Virus record (IMG/VR): IMGVR_UViG_3300020599_000172
Location: 1-38,773 of that record
Length of the DNA: 38,773 bases
From: a virus
Taxonomy: Duplodnaviria; Caudoviricetes
Strand: one strand, 5' to 3'
A program made the translations under genes and the position numbers. Positions 1-8,100 of this stretch are shown here, one piece after another (the stretch's first letter is position 1; each line of letters starts with the position of its first letter). The notes beneath the pieces are model-generated. The model worked only from the letters and a program-made list of their open reading frames with translations, was not told the DNA's origin and did not search any database.

Positions 1-201
1 TCACGTTGTCGCCGCGGGGGGAGCATCGGCGCTCCCATGCACGAAGGCGGTGACGAACTCTTCGCCGTCCTCGAGCCGAACCGAGTCCTCGTCCCTGAGG
101 ATCTTCACGACGGTCGGCTTGCCAAACTCGTTCTTCTCGAGGACCTGAAGAACCCGGAGCTCGTACGCCTGGCCCTCGACGGTGATCCCTGCCTTGCCCA
201 T
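1..201 (-). CDS. Hypothetical protein (66 aa, MGKAGITVEG...)
   Basis: C-terminal part of ORF 1..417; ATG at 201, GC3-rich codons, protein-like composition. Confidence 0.6.
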   Translation of the reverse strand: MGKAGITVEGQAYELRVLQVLEKNEFGKPTVVKILRDEDSVRLEDGEEFVTAFVHGSADAPPAATT

Positions 202-236
202 GTCGCTGCCTCTCTGCCGGCTGCGCCGGCGGTGGT

Positions 237-569
237 TCAGGTGGAGGGGGGCTGCGGCCGCTCGAGCAGCTGCCGCAGCCAGCGGTAAATCGGCAGCGCC
301 AGGGCGCCGGCGGCCGCGTACCAGACCGCCGCGCCGGCGACGCCGCCGCCGAGAGCCTCGGGGGCGGGCAGGCGAAGGAACCCGAGGGCTACGCCCCCGA
401 GGATCGGGTGCGCCCACATCGTGCGCCGCCAGGTCTCCCGCCAGCCGGTAGTAGGCCGAGGCCCGACAGGTCCGAAGACCTGGCCGGTCGCGCCCTGCCC
501 CACCGCGGCGAGGAAGACCGCAGCGACGAAGAACGACAAGAGCGGCCCTTCGATCAGGCTGCCGTCCAT
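237..569 (-). CDS. Putative holin (small multi-TM membrane protein)
   Basis: About three hydrophobic segments, basic C-terminus, adjacent to endolysin, GGAGG upstream. Confidence 0.6.
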   Translation of the reverse strand: MDGSLIEGPLLSFFVAAVFLAAVGQGATGQVFGPVGPRPTTGWRETWRRTMWAHPILGGVALGFLRLPAPEALGGGVAGAAVWYAAAGALALPIYRWLRQLLERPQPPST

Positions 570-1096
570 GCTGGATACCTCCCGCCGTCCGCGCGCTTCA
601 GCTCGCGTCGCTGCGCGCCGGTGATCGGCTGGCGCAGGCCCAGGTGCAGCCAGGTGGGTTCGCGGATCGCCTGGTCAAAGACGAGGCCGGACCTTGCGAG
701 CCAGGCCATCGCGTCCTCGAGGAACGCTTGGCGTTCGCCGCGAACCACAATCACGTCGGCCGCCCAGCCGACGACGTGGGCGCTCGAGGGCTCCCCCTTC
801 ACCGCCTGATTCAGTCGCGGGGTGCGAAGTCCGCTGGTCACCCGGAGCGGACCGAACTCCGCGCGGAGCGGCTCGAGGAGCTCGAGGCAGAGCGCGCGGA
901 GGTTCTCCATCTCTGCGGCCGCCGGCTCGTTGGGGATGCCATGCGTGCGAGCGGCCCTCGACTCGAGCAGCTCGGAGAGGCGGAAGTGGGGCGAGAGCTG
1001 CTCGTCCGCCACGGAGCCGGAGCCGCCGCAGTATCCGCAAGGATGGACGACATGCGCAGACTGCGCCCCACGGCCCCAGCAGCGCGGGCAGCTCAT
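554..1096 (-). CDS. Endolysin, peptidase M15A family, with N-terminal CxxCxGxG zinc finger
   Basis: LSPHFRLSEL, VTSGLR, LNQAVKG..SSAHVVGWAAD, WLH motifs; ATG 1096 overlaps upstream stop (ATGA). Confidence 0.85.
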   Translation of the reverse strand: MSCPRCWGRGAQSAHVVHPCGYCGGSGSVADEQLSPHFRLSELLESRAARTHGIPNEPAAAEMENLRALCLELLEPLRAEFGPLRVTSGLRTPRLNQAVKGEPSSAHVVGWAADVIVVRGERQAFLEDAMAWLARSGLVFDQAIREPTWLHLGLRQPITGAQRRELKRADGGRYPAWTAA

Positions 1097-1518
1097 CCTC
1101 GGGCCGGACATGCGTGGTCCTCCGCCGCCCGGGCGTCGAGCTCGAGCGGATGGTCGCGGTACCAGTGCCTGCCGTGGAGCGGGCCGTACGCGCAAAGCAG
1201 CAGGTAGACCGGCAGGTAGAAGGGGCCGAGGATCAGCGCCTGGACGACGTGCCGCTGCTCATGGACGAGGAGGCGCTGGACGTTGCCAACGCTGCTCCAC
1301 GGCCGCGCCACCACCACCACGGCGCCGACGGTGAGAGCCGTCATCCCCCATCGCCGCGCCCACCAGCGCCAGGCCCTCGAGGAGCTGCCGTCGTAGACCA
1401 GCATCCCCTCGGCGCCGCGGAACACCCAGCGGCAGCGGGTGGCCTTCGCCAGCGCCCACATCGCGATCGTGTTCGGCGCCGTCCAGACGTGCCCGAGCGC
1501 GAGGAGTACGCGCCTCAT
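1093..1518 (-). CDS. Putative membrane-associated zinc metallopeptidase (HExxH)
   Basis: ALTVG..VV, LLVHEQRHVVQ, GPFYLPVY, WY.DHPLE.DA motifs; ATGA coupling at both ends. Confidence 0.7.
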   Translation of the reverse strand: MRRVLLALGHVWTAPNTIAMWALAKATRCRWVFRGAEGMLVYDGSSSRAWRWWARRWGMTALTVGAVVVVARPWSSVGNVQRLLVHEQRHVVQALILGPFYLPVYLLLCAYGPLHGRHWYRDHPLELDARAAEDHACPARG

Positions 1519-2276
1519 GCCGGCCCCTGCTCCGCCATCCCCTCGACGCGGATTGCGCCGAGTCTGATCCCCTCCTCGAACCTCTCGCCCTCTATCATCA
1601 CCCGCAGCCACACCGCCTCGGCCGTGCCGCCGTAGTTCGGATCCGCGATCTCGAAAGGCGTAACCGCGCTGCGGTAGAGGGTGGCATCCGGCCCGAGCCC
1701 GCCTCCCGGTGAGACGTCAACGCCAGGGGACATCCCTACGCTCGGCGCCAACGGCGACCACGTGTGCCCGTCGTCGTCCGACGCCTCGATCCAGATCCTC
1801 CCGGGACCAGTGACTTCCAGTACGACCACCGACAGGCGGACCCAGGCTAATCCCGCCACGGAGGCGAAAACGCGATAGGGGTGCTCGCCAGGGTAATCGT
1901 CGTCCTCGAGTTCGACGGTACCGTACTCCTTCAGCACGGCGTACATCCGAGAGTCCTGCCGAGGCTGGATGGACATGAGGTTGACCCAGGGCGACGCCGG
2001 GTCCGGCGTCCCCCCTCCGCCCGCTGCGAGCTGCGAAAGGGTGACGCTCGCCCCCGGCGCCATGGATTGGTCGCGGAAGTGCATGAGGTGGCCCTCCCGC
2101 CAGATCGCCACGTTGCGATCGGCGCTGCCTACCTGCTGCATAAACAGGCCAGCAGCATCCAAGGCGTCACGCTGGGGATCGAGGACCCGCGGGTAGGGGC
2201 GATCGTCGCTGGCGGTGCCGCCGGTCGCGGCCGTCTCCGCCTTGTACGGACGGACTCGATCGTTCGGGGGAGGCAT
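1515..2276 (-). CDS. Hypothetical virion/tail-associated protein (253 aa)
   Basis: Start overlaps upstream fibre stop; beta-rich C-terminal half; tail module position. Confidence 0.65.
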   Translation of the reverse strand: MPPPNDRVRPYKAETAATGGTASDDRPYPRVLDPQRDALDAAGLFMQQVGSADRNVAIWREGHLMHFRDQSMAPGASVTLSQLAAGGGGTPDPASPWVNLMSIQPRQDSRMYAVLKEYGTVELEDDDYPGEHPYRVFASVAGLAWVRLSVVVLEVTGPGRIWIEASDDDGHTWSPLAPSVGMSPGVDVSPGGGLGPDATLYRSAVTPFEIADPNYGGTAEAVWLRVMIEGERFEEGIRLGAIRVEGMAEQGPA

Positions 2277-3655
2277 CAGCGCTCACCGAAGTCGGCGATC
2301 TTGACCAGGAAGCCGTTGGTCATCTGCCTGCCGATGCGAACGATCCGGCCCGTCGCCGGAGGGGTGGTGACCAGATCTCCGCTGGGCCCCAGGTACGCAG
2401 TGGAACCTACCGCCAGGCCCGTCACCAGACCGGGGTGCATGCCTTCCACCAGCACGGGAGCAAGGGCTCCCGTCACGACAGCACCCCAGATGATCCCGAT
2501 AACCTCTCCACGACCAGCGGTGCCGGAACGGGCCTCCAGGAATTTTCCATTCGAGGAGTGGGAGACCACCTTGTTGGCGGAGATGTTTTCCCCAGGATCC
2601 AGATGAACCACGACTGCTTCTGGCTCGGCAGCGGGAGTAGTGACAATGTTGCCACTGCCGTCAAACGCCAAACCCGCACCGAGCTTGACGCCGACGCCAG
2701 TGACGCCATGCACGTCGACGCCTCTGGCCCCATCCCCCAGGACACCGACTCCGTTTGCATCCGAGACGATTCCCTTGTTGGCCTTGACCGCCACGGCGTC
2801 GGCCGTGACCTCGATGCCGTTGCCCGCCCCGACGTGGAAGGTGCGGTCAGCGGCCAGGGTCCCGCCGCCGGTGAGGCCGTTCCCGGCGATCAGGTTGCGG
2901 GTGGTGGGGGCCGCCCCCACGTCCGCTGCGGTGTGGGTGTGGTTGGAGCGCGCGGCCTGGTTGGAGCTCCCGGTGCCGGCGAAATCCACCCCGACGCCTT
3001 CGGGCGTCACAGTGATGCCGCCGCTGGGCTTGGGCAGAACGGCCACATCGCCCGTGGTGGTGAGACCGGCCCCGGACTTGAGCGAGATCGTATTCGACGA
3101 GATCTGGATGGAGCGCCCAGCCTGGAGCTCTGCCACCCGGCGGGCTTCGGTGAAGTCGATCGGGGTAGTATCGGGCGTGATGGTCGCGTCCGTCGAGAGC
3201 ACCCACTGGGTGTCCCGATGGATGTCGCCCTCGTTGACCCAGAGGACAACGCCGGCCCGAAGGCTGTCCGAGGCACGGACCATCGGCACGGAGGTACCCT
3301 TCCACAGGTAAATGCCGTTCTGCGCCTTGTTGGTCTGATTCTTCACCAGCACCCGGTCGTCCACGACCAGAATCACGTTGTCGATCGAGGCTCCTGGGGA
3401 GGCGAGGTTGAGGTTGGCGGTGGTGGCGGCCCGAGCCGGGTCGCGGAAGTAGAGACCCTGGGCGATGGAGTCCGCGTAGGTCTTGTTCACCGCATCGTTG
3501 GCCCCAACCGGCGTGGCCACGTTCTGGACGCGCGCACCACCCGCGTCGATGCCGCCGCCCAGCGACTTGAAGGCGTGGGCGTTGAGGGTGTCGGTGTTGT
3601 TGAGGTCGGCGGGATAGCCGGATGGATGCCGGACGAGCGGCTTCACGTCTGCCAT
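2276..3655 (-). CDS. Tail fibre / receptor-binding protein (459 aa)
   Basis: NVATPVGANDAVNKTY and AATTANL...DRVLVKNQT..QNGIY fibre motifs, AGNGL repeats, HTH metal motif. Confidence 0.8.
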   Translation of the reverse strand: MADVKPLVRHPSGYPADLNNTDTLNAHAFKSLGGGIDAGGARVQNVATPVGANDAVNKTYADSIAQGLYFRDPARAATTANLNLASPGASIDNVILVVDDRVLVKNQTNKAQNGIYLWKGTSVPMVRASDSLRAGVVLWVNEGDIHRDTQWVLSTDATITPDTTPIDFTEARRVAELQAGRSIQISSNTISLKSGAGLTTTGDVAVLPKPSGGITVTPEGVGVDFAGTGSSNQAARSNHTHTAADVGAAPTTRNLIAGNGLTGGGTLAADRTFHVGAGNGIEVTADAVAVKANKGIVSDANGVGVLGDGARGVDVHGVTGVGVKLGAGLAFDGSGNIVTTPAAEPEAVVVHLDPGENISANKVVSHSSNGKFLEARSGTAGRGEVIGIIWGAVVTGALAPVLVEGMHPGLVTGLAVGSTAYLGPSGDLVTTPPATGRIVRIGRQMTNGFLVKIADFGER

Positions 3656-3658
3656 TTC

Positions 3659-5152
3659 TTACCCCTGGTGGATGAACATCTCGGTGGACGGGAAGACGAG
3701 AAGCGCCGTCGACGACAACGCGACGCCGATCCGCTGCTGGGCGGTGTCGGGCGGGCCCTTGGGTGGATCGTTGGTCGGGCGGCCGTCGAGCCCCACGTAG
3801 TACGTGGCGCCCATCGTGAGGCCGGTCAGCGCGTCCCAAAGCACGCCCGCCGTCTGCACGCGGGCTTGGGTGGGCGTCGTCTTCACCACCACGATCCCAA
3901 CCGCCGGCATGGACGCCAGGTCGCTAGGATCGGCCAGCTTCACCCCGATCCCGCCGGGCACCACCACGTCGCCGACCTGGAGGCCCTCATCGCAGCGGGC
4001 GTCGAAGAAGTTCCCCCCGCCGCTCGGACCGCCCCCGCCGCCCCCGCCCTGCTCGAGGACGACGAGCCGCGCTTCGTGGTTGGCGATCGTCTCGCTCTTC
4101 GAGTGAATCAGAAGCGTGGCGCTGTTCGCCTGCGCGAGAGCCGTTGCGGCGTTGGCCTCGGCCGCCGCAAGCTGCCCCGCGGTCACCCCGTCGAGGATCC
4201 CGTAGCCCGCCAGCGTCGTCGCCTTGTCCGCTTTGCCTGCGAGCTCCGCCTTGGTCGCGGCGTCCGTGAGGCCCATCCCGCCCACGGTGGTGGGGCGGCC
4301 CGTCAACTTCGACCAGTCGATGCTCGAGGACTCGTCGAGCAGGGCCCGGAGCCCCACTCGCGGCACACCCTCGAAAACCGGGTCCTTCTTCGGCGCCAGC
4401 GTGGGGAGCAGCACGTCGTACCCGAGGATCTTCGGCGCGGTCTCGTCCTTCCACTCCACCAGCGGCGGCACCTGGCCCTCGAGATCGTCGAGCCGGTCCT
4501 TGGCGTCGTCTGCCTCTCCCCTCGACCCGTAGCGATCGTCGTGGTCGTGGTCCTTGGGGGCGTAGTCGTCGTCGTGGTTGTGGCCCGTCGGCGCGTAGTC
4601 GTCGTCGTGGCGGTGATCCGCCGGCGCCCCTCCCACGTCCTCCCAGGTGGTGCCGTGCGGGTTCCCCGAGGTGTCTACGTGGTCGTCCCACCGTGCCACC
4701 TGCTCGGGCCCCGCGAAGCCCGCCACCTCCCGCGTGGCGATCGGGTGAAGCGAGCCGCCCGGTTGATCCCCGTGCATCGAGTTCACGGCCAGGCCGTCGT
4801 TGAGCTGCTGGAGCATCATCACGATGCGGTCCAGCGTCTGCTCGAGCGCCGCCGGCGTGAACGCGCCCTGGGTGGGCAACTGCAAGACCTGGGTGAGCGG
4901 CAAGATCCGCATCAGCCGCACGGTCCACCCGGCGGCCGGCGCCGTCGCGAACGTCACCGTGCCGCCCGAAGGACTGCCGTCCGGCTCGACCGTGAAGTGC
5001 GCGCCCTGGGTCTGCTTGTGCTCCGCGCCCCCCGGCTCGATCAGCACCGCCTGGATGGAAGCGGCCCGGTCGTAGGCGAAGGGGAGCGCGAAGGCCCGGG
5101 TGGCCCCGTTGCCCGAATACTCGACGATCGAGGCGGTGCTGTGGAGCGCCAT
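3659..5152 (-). CDS. Tail fibre with T7 gp17-like N-terminal attachment domain (497 aa)
   Basis: YSGNGATRAFALPF...LE..LDRIVM..QQL N-terminus; HxHDDxY repeats; ATTLAGYGI fibre motif. Confidence 0.85.
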   Translation of the reverse strand: MALHSTASIVEYSGNGATRAFALPFAYDRAASIQAVLIEPGGAEHKQTQGAHFTVEPDGSPSGGTVTFATAPAAGWTVRLMRILPLTQVLQLPTQGAFTPAALEQTLDRIVMMLQQLNDGLAVNSMHGDQPGGSLHPIATREVAGFAGPEQVARWDDHVDTSGNPHGTTWEDVGGAPADHRHDDDYAPTGHNHDDDYAPKDHDHDDRYGSRGEADDAKDRLDDLEGQVPPLVEWKDETAPKILGYDVLLPTLAPKKDPVFEGVPRVGLRALLDESSSIDWSKLTGRPTTVGGMGLTDAATKAELAGKADKATTLAGYGILDGVTAGQLAAAEANAATALAQANSATLLIHSKSETIANHEARLVVLEQGGGGGGGPSGGGNFFDARCDEGLQVGDVVVPGGIGVKLADPSDLASMPAVGIVVVKTTPTQARVQTAGVLWDALTGLTMGATYYVGLDGRPTNDPPKGPPDTAQQRIGVALSSTALLVFPSTEMFIHQG

Positions 5153-5195
5153 GCGGGTCAGTATCCGCCCGAGTGTGCACTCCGTTGGGAGCGAC
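5153..5195 (-). promoter_or_regulatory. Putative late promoter box, copy 1 (upstream of tail fibre/lysis genes)
   Basis: 33-bp near-identical repeat of 26653-26685; GATACT -10-like hexamer 7 nt before ATG 5152. Confidence 0.65.
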
Positions 5196-8100
5196 TACCG
5201 CTCGCCGCTGATCACGTCGCTCCCGACCGACAGCGGCGAGGCCCCGCGGTAGGGGCTGTCGCCGAAGAGGAGGAGGTCGCCGGCCTCGAGCGGATCGCGA
5301 GGCTCGAGCTCGCCCGTGTACATCTTCCAGGCAGCGCCTCCGGTCCGCTTCCCCTGGGTGACGGGGAGCCCTCGAACGCTGCCGTAGGCCTCGAGGACTG
5401 CGCCGACCTTCTCTTCCGGCTCATCGGACGCCGCGGCCTTCCCGAGGGCATTTATAAACCGCTCGCCGGCGGCGAACATCGGGGACACCGCCAAGCTGAA
5501 CCGCCGATGCTTCGCCTTGCCGTGCCAGGCAAAGGTGGTGACCCGCCCCGCCGCCTCCTCGGCCGCCCACCCAACGAAGGGAACCACGATGAAGGGGGCG
5601 GTCAGCGCCTTGCGGGTCGCCCACTCGTCCCATCCTTCGTCCTCCTCGGGGCCGTCGCCCACCAGGAACGAGCCAAGGACGTTGGTGGCGAGAAGAAGCG
5701 CAAAGGCCTTCCCGTAGGCCCGGGCGCGACCGGCGGGCGTGTCTGCCTCGCCCATCAGGCGCAAGACGATGTTCCCGAGCTGGTTGAAGAATCCGAACAT
5801 CGCCAGGAGTGACCCGATCCCTTTCCGATCTCGCAGGAGCGCCGACTGCTCGAGGGCGGTCGCCGAGGGCTGGTGCTTTCGCACCACGTCGTCGGCATGC
5901 TGGATCGCCCGGGCCTCGTCTTCTGCGGTCGGCTCGCCCGTCTTCGAGCGCTTCGCCGCGGCCGCCAGGTAGTCGTTGCGCGCAGCATCCCAGATGATCG
6001 TGGACGTGTAGGCGTCGAGCTCCTCCTGGATGATGAAGCTGTGGTCGATGATGAAGTCCTCGACCCGCCGCACCGGTTCGTAGGCCTTGGTCACCGGATT
6101 GAAGACCTTGGTCCATCCCTCTCGCCGCCGCTTCGTGTTCCCCTTGCGGCCCACCTCGCGCATCTTGTGCTGCAACGTCTCCCGCAGGTTGGCCGCTCGC
6201 TTCTGCAGCTCGGGGGAGAGCGCCAGCGCTTCCTGGCGCAGCCGCCGGTAAGCCAGGGGCGTCCCGTGCCGGAGGGAGGCAGACAAGGAGCGGGCGCTGA
6301 CTTCGCCCGTTATCAACGGGGTGGCGACCTGGAGGATGTCCGCTCCCCAGGAGCGCACGTTGTACGCCAGCGCCGAGAACACGAAGGCCGAACGGGCCTT
6401 TCCGAGACCGCCGAGCATGAAGTTCGTAAAGCCCGAGACCGAGGCGTCTTGGCTCTCCGCCACCGCCTTGGTCCACTCGCGCAGCCGGTCGATGTAGGGC
6501 CGCCCAAGTCGCCGCTCCACCGCCTCGAGGAAGGCGTCCTGCGCGAGCAGGCGGTTCATGTCCCGCACGAACTCCTCGAAGGCGATGTAATGGATCACCT
6601 GGGAGAGGTGGGCGGGCACCGTGCCCCATTCAAGCGAGAGGGTGCCGTCGAACCTTCGAGCGCGCGACTTGGTGAACCCCTTGGCGACCGCCGCGGCCGC
6701 GCTCGAGCGGGAGTCCTGCACCCCGGCGTCGGCTTGGCGCGCGGCGATCATCCCGGAGGAGGGATCGCGCGCCTGGGTGTCCATGCGGATGGGGAAGTAG
6801 CCGCCCGCGTAGTGCACCGACTGGCCGTCAGCCAAGCGGAGGGTGAACGGGGCGTTGGGCACCCGCCCCGGGCGGATCCCGTTCACCCGCTCGTGGACCT
6901 TCTCCATGTGAGGGCGCAGGCGCTCTGTGATCGCCAAGATCCCCTGGAGGAAGTCCGCCTCTTCCTTGGTGAGGTTGGCTTGGAGGAATCCCAGGACCTG
7001 CTCCTCGGTCCACCCGAATCCGTCCAGCAGCCGCTGCCGGTTGCCCTCGTTGCCCCAGTTCAAGAAGAGCATCCACATCCACTCGCGCGTGGTGGGGGTC
7101 TCGTCGCGGCGGGTGCGACCGGCGACCGGGAGCATGGAGGAGTCCACGGCCTCGTAGCGTCGCTCCTGCATCTCCTCGGGAAGGGCATCCCACGCCTTCA
7201 TGAAGTCGACGGTCACCTCGTCCGCGAGGCGCTTCTCTTCGATCTGGGCCTCGAGGAAGCGCCGGAACATCGAGTGCGCCTTCTGGCCGAGCTGCTCGAA
7301 GATGAGCTCGATGTTCTTGTAGCCGGAGATGAAGCCAATCCGCCTCAGCTTCCGCCCCCAGGCTTCCGCCTCGAAGGCCTCGTCCTTGGGCGACAGGCCC
7401 CGGTCTCGGATCGCGGTCGCCTGCTGGCGGACCTCCCCAGCGAAGTCGTGGAAGTACTGGCGCCGCCCCTCGACGAAGAACTCCGACACCACGATCCCCG
7501 CCTTCTTGGCTTGGAGCAGGGTGGCGTGCACTTCGGCCAGGTCTTCGACGGAGAGCTTGCGCCAGTCCGGCCCCTTCGCCTGCTCGAAGAGGATCCGCGC
7601 CACGCGCCCCTGGTCGTAGACCGGGGTGATGCCGATGTCCGCGAGGATGCCGGACAGGGCGCCGATGCCTGCAAAGGCGGGCAGGTCGGGGTCGTCGGGC
7701 CGGGCGCCGAGCTGGACGAGGAGTCCATCGATCAGGTCCCGGAGCTCGGGGTTGGCGACCCCGATGCGCGCCCGGCGCTTGTTGTCGTTGAGCTCGCCCA
7801 CCGTCTTGGTGAACGCGTCCCGGGCCTTCTCGGCCGCCACGAGCTCCCGGTAAAGGAAGTGGTTGAGGAGCTGCTGCTGCTTGGCCTTGGTGGCGGCTCC
7901 CCAGTCCCGGGCCAGGAGGGCCTTCTGGAAGCGGTCCGCCGCTCGCCGCTCCTCGAGGAGGGCGCGCCGGGGAGAAAGCTTGCCGACCGGCGTCCGCGCG
8001 ACGATCTGCCGCGCCGCCCGCTTGATGGCCTCCACCGGCACGGTGCGGCTGCCGCTGGTCGCGCCGAGGCTCACCAGCTCCCGCAAGATCGCGTCGCCGT

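Noticed and set aside
2276-5152. Diversity-generating retroelement, expected in some BPP-1-like phages
   Set aside because: No reverse transcriptase and no template/variable repeat pair seen in the window
5449-5458. AT-rich TTTATAAA patch near the 3' end of the giant gene
   Set aside because: No plausible -35 at correct spacing on either strand; too little to call a promoter
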